Part shown: positions 19,025-27,651 of the stretch, piece by piece
Layout of the letters: each line of letters begins with the position of its first letter
Position numbering within the stretch: position 1 is the stretch's first letter
NCBI GenBank assembly: GCA_025057905.1
Contig: JANWUX010000001.1
Coordinates: 20,155 to 84,154 of the forward strand
From: Patescibacteria group bacterium
Lineage (GTDB): Bacteria; Patescibacteriota; Microgenomatia; UBA1406; GWC2-37-13
DNA length: 64,000 nucleotides
Reading direction: 5' to 3'
Program-made: the position numbers and the translations under genes
The notes under the pieces: generated by a model
What the model saw: only the letters and a program-made list of their open reading frames with translations
Databases searched by the model: none
What the model was told of the DNA's origin: nothing

Positions 19025-20285
19025 GAATAACACTCCAGTCAAAATTGCCATTATCAAAGCGATTCAAAAAAAACTTCTGGGAAAAAAGTTGACTTATCGA
19101 GAGATCTACACAATAATGGACGAAATCGCCAAGGAGAATCTTGGCGATATTCTTACCACTTACTTTGTCGCTGCTTCCTTCAAAGAAGGTTACAGCCCAG
19201 AAGAACTTTACTATCTAACAAGAGCAATGGTTAAGACAGGAACAGAGTTGAAATTCAAAGGGATCGTTGCTGACAAACACTCTATTGGCGGAATAGCCGG
19301 CAGCCGAACAACGATGATCATCGTCCCTATCATCGCGGCGGCCGGCTTTAAAATCCCTAAAATCTCCTCCCGAGCAATCACCACCCCCGCTGGCACGGCT
19401 GATGCTATGGAGTCAATTGCCTGCGTCGAGTTTTCTCCCGAAGAAATTAAAAGAATTGTAAACAAAGTTGGTGGTTGCATTGCCTGGAATGGAAAACTAG
19501 GAATTGCGCCGGCCGATGATGTCATCATTCGAGTTGAAGAACCCCTTGCCTTTGAGTCTTTCGACAAAATTATTGTTTCCGTCATGGCCAAGAAGGTTGC
19601 TGTTGGCACCACTCATCTAGTTTTAGATGTTCCCATCGGAAAAACAGCCAAAATCCGGCGCTATGCCGATGCCAAGAAAGTAGCTCAAAAGTTAAAGGAT
19701 TTAGCCGAAAAGTTCAGAATAAAGGTAGACATCGATATCAACGAAATGCTTGAGCCAGCTGGTCGAGGGATTGGCCCAATTTTAGAAGCCAGAGATGTTC
19801 TGTACGTTTTGGAGCAGCATCGGGACCGGCCACTGAAACTTGAGACTAAAGCGCTAAGGCTAGCAGGAATGCTTCTTAACCTTTGTTATCAAGAAAAAAA
19901 ACTCATCCATCTAGACGGCGAAGAGGAGGCAATAAAAATCCTCAAATCAGGACAAGCTCTGAAGAAATTCCGCGAGATAGTCAGAGCCCAGAAAGGTGAT
20001 GAACAAATCTCCTCCCAAAGTTTAAGACTGGCTGATTTTAAAAAGGAAATTATTTCTCAAACCTCAGGTAAAATAAAAGATATTAACAATTACAATTTAA
20101 ACATAATCGCAAAGATTTTAGGTGCTCCCAGAGACAAGAAAGCTGGCATCTATCTTCTAAAAAAACTTGATCACAGTCTTGAACGAGGCGAACCTATGAT
20201 GACCTTTTACTCAAGCGACAGATACAAACTTAAAGAAGCCGAAGAAACGCTAAGAAATTTACCCATTTTTACAATCGAAAACTAA
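19017..20285 (+). CDS. AMP phosphorylase / thymidine phosphorylase family, archaeal-type
   Basis: The motif DKHSIGGIAGSRTTMIIVPIIAAAGFKIPKISSRAITTPAGTADAME resembles archaeal AMP phosphorylase (SSRAIT.PAGTAD) rather than bacterial DeoA (SGRGLGHTGGT). The start is taken at ATG 19017. The track ORF starts at TTG 18999. Confidence 0.75.
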   Translation: MSKNNTPVKIAIIKAIQKKLLGKKLTYREIYTIMDEIAKENLGDILTTYFVAASFKEGYSPEELYYLTRAMVKTGTELKFKGIVADKHSIGGIAGSRTTMIIVPIIAAAGFKIPKISSRAITTPAGTADAMESIACVEFSPEEIKRIVNKVGGCIAWNGKLGIAPADDVIIRVEEPLAFESFDKIIVSVMAKKVAVGTTHLVLDVPIGKTAKIRRYADAKKVAQKLKDLAEKFRIKVDIDINEMLEPAGRGIGPILEARDVLYVLEQHRDRPLKLETKALRLAGMLLNLCYQEKKLIHLDGEEEAIKILKSGQALKKFREIVRAQKGDEQISSQSLRLADFKKEIISQTSGKIKDINNYNLNIIAKILGAPRDKKAGIYLLKKLDHSLERGEPMMTFYSSDRYKLKEAEETLRNLPIFTIEN

Positions 20286-20287
20286 AG

Positions 20288-21253
20288 ATGAAAAAAACTT
20301 CTTTTTTTTTGTCTTTGTTTTTTTTCATTGGTCTTTCTTTTTCCTTTTTCTATTATCAAGGAACATTACCGGTAAACAAGAATAACAATCAACCGAAAAT
20401 CTTTGTTATATATCCTGGTCAGTCATTGGAAAAAATCATCGATAATCTAGCCAATGAAGAGCTTATAAGAAGCAAAATAGTCTTTTATCTTGTCGTCAAA
20501 CAACTAGGAATTGAGAAGAAAATTCAAGCCGGTGACTTTCGCCTTTCTCAATCAATGACTGCTTTTGAAATTGCCAGAACCCTTACCGATGGCAGAGTTG
20601 ATATCTGGGTAACTCTTATTGAAGGAACCCGGATTGAAGAAATGGCTAATGTTTTGAGTAAGAATTTCAATATTCAAGAGATTGAGTTCATCAAAAAAGC
20701 TAAAGAGGGCTATATGTTTCCTGACACCTATCTCATTCCCAAAAATGCCGATGTTGATACGATAATTACAATCCTCGAGTCTAACTATCGAAAAAAAGTT
20801 AATGAGAAGATTCTTAAAAAAGCAAGAGAAAAAGGACTTACAGAAAATCAGCTGATTACTCTTGCTTCCTTGGTCGAACGGGAGGCAAAAAAGTCAGAAG
20901 ACAGACAGAAAGTCGCTTCTGTCCTTCTTAAGCGAATCAGAAACAATTGGCCTCTCCAGGTCGATGCCACAGTTCAGTATGCCCTGGGTTATCAAGTCGA
21001 AGAAAAAACCTGGTGGAAAAAGAACCTTACGCTAGAGGATCTGAAGACTCAATCCCCATATAATACTTATCTCAACAAAGGCTTACCACCGACTCCAATC
21101 TGTAATCCTAGTCTTGATTCAATTAGGTCAGTGATAACCGCCGATGTCAACACTCCCTATTGGTACTACATCTCTGACAAACAAGGAAAAAAAATGTATT
21201 TTGCTACCACTCTAGAAGACCATCAAAAAAACATCAATAGATATCTTCGATAA
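20288..21253 (+). CDS. mltG: Endolytic murein transglycosylase MltG (YceG-like)
   Basis: It has an N-terminal TM helix, then MFPDTYLIP, LASLVEREAK, LQVDATVQYALG and SPYNTYLNKGLPPTPICNPS. Confidence 0.9.
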   Translation: MKKTSFFLSLFFFIGLSFSFFYYQGTLPVNKNNNQPKIFVIYPGQSLEKIIDNLANEELIRSKIVFYLVVKQLGIEKKIQAGDFRLSQSMTAFEIARTLTDGRVDIWVTLIEGTRIEEMANVLSKNFNIQEIEFIKKAKEGYMFPDTYLIPKNADVDTIITILESNYRKKVNEKILKKAREKGLTENQLITLASLVEREAKKSEDRQKVASVLLKRIRNNWPLQVDATVQYALGYQVEEKTWWKKNLTLEDLKTQSPYNTYLNKGLPPTPICNPSLDSIRSVITADVNTPYWYYISDKQGKKMYFATTLEDHQKNINRYLR

Positions 21254-21295
21254 GAGACTTAGCAAAATTCCAGCAGGTTAAAAAAATTTTTTAGT

Positions 21296-23503
21296 TTATC
21301 TTTGAAGATTGCTTTTTTCTTCTGGATGTCTTTTAATCACATCTCTTGGCTTAGAGCCTTCAGCCGGTCCAACATAGCCTTCAGCCTCCATTTGATCAAG
21401 GATTCTTGCCGCTCGAGCATAGCCTATTGACAAACGCCGTTGAAGAAGAGAAGCCGAGGCTTTATCTTGCTGCATTACTATTTCAAGGGCTTTGTCAAAA
21501 AGTGGATCTCTTTCAGTCTTCCCGCCGGAAAGGGAAGTGCCGATTTCTAACCTTGAGTTTATTTCCTGGTCGGTAATCTCTTGAGTATAGTTAACAGGTG
21601 GGTTCTTCTCCCTCAGAAACTTAACCAAATTGTGAACTTCCTTTTCACTGATAAACGGCCCTTGAATTCTAATTGGTTTTGCTCGATCAGGAGGTAGATA
21701 AAGCATGTCGCCTCGACCAAGAAGTTTCTCCGCACCAGGACTGTCAATTATAACTCGAGAATCAACCATCGAAGAAACATTGAAGGCGATTCTGGTTGGA
21801 ATATTGGCTTTCATCAGGCCAGTGATCACGTCAACCGATGGTCTTTGAGTTGCAAGAACTAAGTGAATACCCGTAGCTCTGGCCATCTGGGCAATTCGAG
21901 TGATCAATTCTTCAGCTTCGCTAGGCGCAAAAATCATTAAATCAGCTAACTCATCGATAACAAAAACAATGTATGGCTTTTTCTCTACTTCTTCAAGTTG
22001 ATTGTAACTATCAATGTTTCTTACTCCATACTGAGCAAATAGCTTATATCTTGCCTCCATCTCCGCTACGGTCCATTTCAGCGCCGAGATAATCTTTTCC
22101 GAGTCAACAATAACTGGAGCAAGAAGATGGGGAATATCGTTGTAGACTGAGAGTTCGACTCTTTTTGGATCAACAAGAATTAATCGAAGCTGATCCGGCC
22201 GAGTGCGAAACAGAAAGGTTGAAATCCAGGAGTTCAGGAGGACTGATTTACCTGAACCGGTTGCCCCCGCAATCAAGACATGAGGCATCCGTGAGATTGA
22301 ATCAGCCACTGGCTTTCCAGAAACATCTAAACCTAGAGGGACAACGAGCGGATCATCATTGGTGCTAAATATCTCTGAAGAAAGAATTCTTTTCTGAGTG
22401 ACGATCTCCGGTTTAAGATTTGGAATTTCTATTCCTACCAATGATCTTCCCGGAATCGGCGCCTCAATTCTCACCTGACCTGTAGGTGTAGCCAGTGACA
22501 GAGCTAGGTTATTAGCAAGAGCAGTGATTCGAGAAAGCTTCGTCCCCATAGCAATGGCAATAGCGTACTGCGTAACTGTTGGTCCTCGATTCACCTCCTC
22601 GACCCGGGCGCGAATACTGAAACTATCAAGCGTCTGTTCAATGATAGCAGAGTTCTTTTTGATATCGCCATAGTCAGCTTGATTTTCCTCGATGTCCGAC
22701 AAAATCGACATCGGCGGGAACACCCAGGAGAAAGGAGCTTTTTGGGAAATAACAAGAGGCTTTATTATCTTTGGTGGTCTCTCTTTCTCTGTCTCTGCTG
22801 CCATTTGAAAACTACTTATCGAAGAAGTTGGCCGGCCTTTTTTCATCGAAAGTGGACCTTCGCCTACAAATTTGTCCTCAATCAACTGCGTCTTGGAGTT
22901 TATGTTTTTTTCGTGAACTTTTTTTTCTTTCTCCTGAGACCTTCTAGTAAGCAAAGGCTTGATAGCCCTTCGATAAAGAAGACTGGAAAAAAAAACAACC
23001 ACTGATTGAGTTAATTTAAAGAGATAAACTAGAAAAGCATCAACTGAGGTATCGAGAAAGACAATCAGACCAATGAAAAAACTGATCAACAAAACTAATA
23101 CTGCCCCGACGGGAGAAAAGTAAAAAGTTAGGTTATCGGATATCAGTCTTCCTTTCTCCCCTAAACCAAACAATCCTAACAAAGAGATGAATATTATTAA
23201 CAGACCAAAAGTGACATTTGGTCGAATAAATTTGACTCTTTTGGTATTAAAGAAATGAAATGAAAAAAGGATGACAATTATCGGAAAAAAAATTGACAAG
23301 GCTCCAAATTCCCTTCGAAGGAGATTGTTGAAAAGATAAATAGAGATTCCTGAACCTTCTGGAGTGGCTGGTTGGGTAAAGGAGACGATCATAATTACCC
23401 CCATTCCTAGAAGGAATAAACCTATGATCTTAAAGATTGTTTGCTCATCGATATTAAAATGAATTGGTAGAATAGACCTTATAATTGATCTTCTTCTTGG
23501 CAT
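21296..23503 (-). CDS. ftsK: DNA translocase FtsK/SpoIIIE
   Basis: 735 aa with N-terminal TM segments, Walker A AGATGSGKS, Walker B VIDELADLM and a C-terminal gamma wHTH (ASASLLQRRLSIGYARAARILD). Confidence 0.9.
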   Translation of the reverse strand: MPRRRSIIRSILPIHFNIDEQTIFKIIGLFLLGMGVIMIVSFTQPATPEGSGISIYLFNNLLRREFGALSIFFPIIVILFSFHFFNTKRVKFIRPNVTFGLLIIFISLLGLFGLGEKGRLISDNLTFYFSPVGAVLVLLISFFIGLIVFLDTSVDAFLVYLFKLTQSVVVFFSSLLYRRAIKPLLTRRSQEKEKKVHEKNINSKTQLIEDKFVGEGPLSMKKGRPTSSISSFQMAAETEKERPPKIIKPLVISQKAPFSWVFPPMSILSDIEENQADYGDIKKNSAIIEQTLDSFSIRARVEEVNRGPTVTQYAIAIAMGTKLSRITALANNLALSLATPTGQVRIEAPIPGRSLVGIEIPNLKPEIVTQKRILSSEIFSTNDDPLVVPLGLDVSGKPVADSISRMPHVLIAGATGSGKSVLLNSWISTFLFRTRPDQLRLILVDPKRVELSVYNDIPHLLAPVIVDSEKIISALKWTVAEMEARYKLFAQYGVRNIDSYNQLEEVEKKPYIVFVIDELADLMIFAPSEAEELITRIAQMARATGIHLVLATQRPSVDVITGLMKANIPTRIAFNVSSMVDSRVIIDSPGAEKLLGRGDMLYLPPDRAKPIRIQGPFISEKEVHNLVKFLREKNPPVNYTQEITDQEINSRLEIGTSLSGGKTERDPLFDKALEIVMQQDKASASLLQRRLSIGYARAARILDQMEAEGYVGPAEGSKPRDVIKRHPEEKSNLQR

Positions 23504-23511
23504 ACAGACTG

Positions 23512-23540
23512 ATTTTAGAAGTAGTGGAATAAAAAATCAA
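23512..23540 (-). promoter_or_regulatory. Candidate ftsK promoter: -35 TTGATT, 17-nt spacer, -10 TAAAAT, 8 nt to the ATG
   Basis: The minus strand reads TTGATT-TTTTATTCCACTACTTC-TAAAAT-CAGTCTGT-ATG. Confidence 0.35.
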
Positions 23541-23553
23541 TGAAGAGAGATCA

Positions 23554-25641
23554 TTAAAAAAGCTCTAAATTAATTCGTCCCAAATCATCGATATGATAAA
23601 CCCTGACTCTAACTTTCTGACCGACCCGAAGAATATTGAAGGGATTTCTAACGAAGCCTCGTCCCATCTTAGAAACGTGAATTAGTCCTTCTCTGCCTGG
23701 AAGAATTTCTACAAAAGCGCCAAACTTGAGAATCCGCTTAACCTCGCCAACAAACTCATCCCCCACCTCGACTTTTCTGATAATGTTATTGACATACTCA
23801 ACTGCCTCATCAACTTTTTCTCGATCAAGACCACAAATCGTCACTCTCCCTTCTTCATCAACGTTGAAATCAACCTGAGTTCGACTAATTAGGGCTCTGA
23901 TGTTCTTCCCCCCGGGCCCGATAATTTCTCCGATTTTGTCAACAGGCGGTGTCAAGACGACTACCTTGGGTGCATACTGGGAAATTTCTCTTCTTGGCCT
24001 GTCAATGACTTTATTCATTGCCTCAAGAATTGCTAATCTTGCCTCTCGAGCTTGAATAAAGGTATCATGAATCATTTTTCTAGTTAAACCCTCATTTTTC
24101 ACATCGAGTTGGATGGCTGTAATTCCGGTTTTTGTCCCGGCTATTTTAAAGTCCATCTCTCCAGAAAAATCTTCAAGACCGATAATGTCGGTGAGAATCA
24201 CATAATCATCGTCACTTCGGCTCATTAAACCCATTGCCACCCCGGCAACTGGCTCTTTCAGGGGGACGCCAGCATCCATCAATGACAGAGATGATCCGCA
24301 AACACTTCCCATCGAAGATGAACCATTCTCGGAAAGAATTTCTGAGACAACCCGGATAGCATAGGGGAACTCTTCTTCTTTAGGAAGAACCGGTTCAATT
24401 GCTTTTTCCGCTAGGGCACCATGACCAATCGCCCTTCGTGAGGGAGAAGAAATTTTACCAACCTGGCCATATGAGTAAGGAGCGTCAGAGTAGTGATGAA
24501 TATAACGCTTAGCCACCTTCCCTTCTGGACCCTCAATCAGTTGTTCTAGAGTGATTGATCCTAGAGTGGTGATCGAAAGGATCTGAGTTTGGCCTCTTTG
24601 AAAAATTGCCGACCCGTGAGTTCGAGGAAGAACAGAGACTTCGATGTGAAGTTTCCTCATTTCATCAAATTTTCTTTTATCGGGTCGAAGATCTTTCTCC
24701 AAAATGCTTTTTCTTATCAGATCAAACTGGTATTTTCTGACGGCCGTGGTAATGAAACTTAGAGAATATCTTTGATTAAGATCCTGGTGAAGAGAAGTGA
24801 TTACTTCCTGGATGATCTTTTCTTCTTTGCCGGCAATCTGAATCGCTTCCTTTAATCCCAGATCAATCAGCGAAGCATATTTTTTTTCAATAAGTTGGAA
24901 GATTTCTGAGTAATCTGGTTCTGGTGGAGTCGTGTCTTTCGGTCTGCCAATTTCCTGAGCAATTTTTTTAAAAAACTCGATTATTCTCTTGCCTTCCCTC
25001 TTAGCCATCTCGATGCCATCTTCGATAATTTCTTCAGCAATCATTCTTGCCTTGGTTTCAATCATCAAGACTTTCTCTTTCGTCGTTGACACCAGGAGAT
25101 CAAGTGTTGAAAAATCTTCCTCGGTTTCAGTCGGATTTAGGATTAGTTGTGACTCGCCATTTTTTTCAAAACTAACGTAGCCAATTCTCAAAGTTGAGAT
25201 TGGACCTTTCCAAGGAACAGAAGAAACCGCCAGAGCCGCTGAAGTAGCCAAACAAGACAGGACCACTGGATCGTTAACTCCATCAATTGAAAGCAGAGTG
25301 ACAACAATCTGAACTTGTTTTTTGTAAGTCTTAGGAAAGAGAGGTCGAACTGACCTGTCAATTGCTCGACTGGTAAGAATTGCCTGATCAGAGGGTCGCC
25401 CTTCTCGTTTTACCCAGCGAGAGCCTTTGATTAACCCACCAGCATACAACTTCTCGACATACTCTACCGTTAAAGGAAAATGATCTATATCAGGACTCTC
25501 TTGTCCGACAGCCACAGTTACTAAAACTGCGGTGTCGCCTAGCTGGGCATAAACTGAAGTGTCAACAGCTTGAGCAAATTTGCCAAACTGAAGGAGTAAT
25601 TTTTGATCACCGATATCTAAGGAGTATTCGCGAATATCCAT
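23554..25641 (-). CDS. pnp: Polyribonucleotide nucleotidyltransferase (PNPase)
   Basis: 695 aa with two RNase PH domains, a KH domain (GPGGKNIRAL) and an S1 domain (GDEFVGEVKRILKFGAFVEILPGREGLIHVS). It is directly downstream of rpsO. Confidence 0.95.
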   Translation of the reverse strand: MDIREYSLDIGDQKLLLQFGKFAQAVDTSVYAQLGDTAVLVTVAVGQESPDIDHFPLTVEYVEKLYAGGLIKGSRWVKREGRPSDQAILTSRAIDRSVRPLFPKTYKKQVQIVVTLLSIDGVNDPVVLSCLATSAALAVSSVPWKGPISTLRIGYVSFEKNGESQLILNPTETEEDFSTLDLLVSTTKEKVLMIETKARMIAEEIIEDGIEMAKREGKRIIEFFKKIAQEIGRPKDTTPPEPDYSEIFQLIEKKYASLIDLGLKEAIQIAGKEEKIIQEVITSLHQDLNQRYSLSFITTAVRKYQFDLIRKSILEKDLRPDKRKFDEMRKLHIEVSVLPRTHGSAIFQRGQTQILSITTLGSITLEQLIEGPEGKVAKRYIHHYSDAPYSYGQVGKISSPSRRAIGHGALAEKAIEPVLPKEEEFPYAIRVVSEILSENGSSSMGSVCGSSLSLMDAGVPLKEPVAGVAMGLMSRSDDDYVILTDIIGLEDFSGEMDFKIAGTKTGITAIQLDVKNEGLTRKMIHDTFIQAREARLAILEAMNKVIDRPRREISQYAPKVVVLTPPVDKIGEIIGPGGKNIRALISRTQVDFNVDEEGRVTICGLDREKVDEAVEYVNNIIRKVEVGDEFVGEVKRILKFGAFVEILPGREGLIHVSKMGRGFVRNPFNILRVGQKVRVRVYHIDDLGRINLELF

Positions 25642-25656
25642 AAAAGAGATGCGCTG

Positions 25657-25926
25657 CTATTTCTTAAGATCCAATTTCTTGATTAACTCTTTGTACCGCT
25701 CCTCATCAAGGCGCTGAAGATAGTTAAGAATTCTCCTCCTTTTAGCAATTATCTTCAGCAAGCCCCTTCGAGAGTGATTATCTTTTTTGTTTTCGTCAAG
25801 ATGCTTAACTAACCTTTGAATTTTATAAGTAAGAAGAGCTACCTGAACTTCGGGCGAGCCGGTGTCGTTTTTCCCTCGGGAGAACAACTCGATTATTTTT
25901 TTCTTATCGTTAGGAAAAGTGGTCAT
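25657..25926 (-). CDS. rpsO: 30S ribosomal protein S15
   Basis: 89 aa from ATG 25926, with [22 protein letters not shown] and [27 protein letters not shown] 9 nt upstream supports this start over the 116-aa track ORF. Confidence 0.9.
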   Translation of the reverse strand: MTTFPNDKKKIIELFSRGKNDTGSPEVQVALLTYKIQRLVKHLDENKKDNHSRRGLLKIIAKRRRILNYLQRLDEERYKELIKKLDLKK

Positions 25927-25935
25927 CTTTTTGAA

Positions 25936-25964
25936 ATTATAATAAATGGCGATGATCGTTGCAA
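25936..25964 (-). promoter_or_regulatory. Candidate rpsO-pnp promoter: -35 TTGCAA, 17-nt spacer, -10 TATAAT, 9 nt to the ATG
   Basis: The minus strand has TATAAT at 25941-25936, followed by TTCAAAAAG and then the ATG at 25926. Confidence 0.45.
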
Positions 25965-26227
25965 TATTAATTTTGCTTCTTCTGATTATTTTTATCATCA
26001 TCTTCATTCCCCCTTTTCATTGGTTGATCATTCTATCCTTAGTTAGTTTGATGAGCTGTCTCTTTTTTCTCTTTGCCAGATTGTTCATTAGAAGCCTTAA
26101 GTACTGTTTATTTGTTAGCTTGATTTTTTTTAGTCTTCTCTGTTTGATGGCTCTAAAAGCCGTTGAACCGGTAACCGTTATTCTCTTGATAATTTTTTTT
26201 TCCCTGATTTTTATTCTTATTAAGTAA
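25946..26227 (+). CDS. Hypothetical small hydrophobic protein (about 3 TM)
   Basis: This 93-aa ORF fills the otherwise empty 333-nt rpsO-metG divergent gap. It is very Ile/Leu/Phe-rich, which is also what a T-rich non-coding strand would give, and it overlaps the predicted rpsO promoter. Confidence 0.25.
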   Translation: MAMIVAILILLLLIIFIIIFIPPFHWLIILSLVSLMSCLFFLFARLFIRSLKYCLFVSLIFFSLLCLMALKAVEPVTVILLIIFFSLIFILIK

Positions 26228-26259
26228 CTTCAACTTTGAGTATAATTTAACCTTAAACG

Positions 26260-27651
26260 ATGACCAAGCCATTCTACATTACAACGGCAATCCCCTACGT
26301 CAATGCTTCCCCTCATCTTGGTCATGCTCTTGAGTTTGTTCAGGCAGACGTTCTTGCTCGCTTTTACCGAACTCTCGGTCACAAAGTGATTACTCTCACT
26401 GGAAGTGATGAAAATGCTCTGAAAAATGTTCAGGCCGCCGAGAGAGATCACATAACTCCAAAAGAATTAGTCGACAAAAACTCTCAGTTATTTTTAAAAC
26501 TCACCAAAGAGCTCAAGACTCATTTTGATGTCTTTCAGCGAACAACTAGTGACGTTCATGTTAAATCTTGCCAAGATTTATGGCTACGATGCCAAAAGGA
26601 TATTTATAAAAAGAATTATCAAGGTCGCTACTGTGTCGGCTGCGAAGCTTTCTATAGTGACGATGAACTTTTGGCTGGTGAGTGTCCAGAACATCCAGGA
26701 AAAAAGCTTGAGATTGTCGGAGAGGAGAATTATTTTTTTCGACTTTCTCGCTATCATGACCAACTTATTGAAATCCTTTCCACGGACAAAATTAGGATCA
26801 TTCCAGAGAAGAGAAAAAACGAGATTCTTTCTTTCCTAAAAAAACCTCTTCAGGACATCAGTATTTCTCGCACCATCACCCGAGCAAGGAACTGGGGGAT
26901 TCCTGTTCCAAATGATCCAAGCCAGCGAATCTACGTCTGGTTTGATGCCTTGAATGCCTACCGATCAGGAGTTAGCGATGATGTTTGGCCAGCTGATATT
27001 CACATCATTGGCAAAGGCATTGTTCGGTTTCACGCCGTCTACTGGCCAGCTTTCCTGATTTCAGCAAATCTGCCATTGCCAAAAATAATCTTTGTTCATG
27101 GCTATTTCACTGTCAATGGTAAAAAAATGTCAAAAACACTCGGCAATGTGGTCGATCCCCTTGTCATTATCAATCGCTATGGAGCTGATTGTCTTAGATA
27201 CTACATGCTAAAAGAAATTTCTCCTTTTGATGATGGTGATTTTTCTCTAAAAAGACTGGAAGAGATTTACCAAGCTGACCTTGCTAACGAGCTTGGCAAT
27301 CTAGTCTTGCGATTGACCACCCTGGCCGAGAAGGACAAACTTTATCTTGAAGACACTCAAGCGCTGACCATTGATGAAGATATTAGCCAACATTTAAAAA
27401 GTTTCGAGTTTAATCTTGCTATAGAATCTCTTTGGAGAAAAATCAAGAGACTTAACAAAAAACTTGATGAGTTCTCGCCTTGGAGGAAAGCAAAAAAAGA
27501 AAGAGAGTATTTCCTTAAGGAGAGCCTGATTGATCTAAAGGAGATCGGTTTTAATCTTCAACCTTTTCTCCCGGAAACCGCCAACAAAATCCAAAAAACA
27601 ATCAAAGGCAAAATTAGAAAAACTCCCCCACTGTTTCCGAAGAGTGAATGA
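26260..27651 (+). CDS. metG: Methionyl-tRNA synthetase
   Basis: The HIGH region is PYVNASPHLGHA, the KMSKS motif is GKKMSKTLGN, and the Zn knuckle is CVGCEAF...CPEHPG. Confidence 0.95.
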   Translation: MTKPFYITTAIPYVNASPHLGHALEFVQADVLARFYRTLGHKVITLTGSDENALKNVQAAERDHITPKELVDKNSQLFLKLTKELKTHFDVFQRTTSDVHVKSCQDLWLRCQKDIYKKNYQGRYCVGCEAFYSDDELLAGECPEHPGKKLEIVGEENYFFRLSRYHDQLIEILSTDKIRIIPEKRKNEILSFLKKPLQDISISRTITRARNWGIPVPNDPSQRIYVWFDALNAYRSGVSDDVWPADIHIIGKGIVRFHAVYWPAFLISANLPLPKIIFVHGYFTVNGKKMSKTLGNVVDPLVIINRYGADCLRYYMLKEISPFDDGDFSLKRLEEIYQADLANELGNLVLRLTTLAEKDKLYLEDTQALTIDEDISQHLKSFEFNLAIESLWRKIKRLNKKLDEFSPWRKAKKEREYFLKESLIDLKEIGFNLQPFLPETANKIQKTIKGKIRKTPPLFPKSE

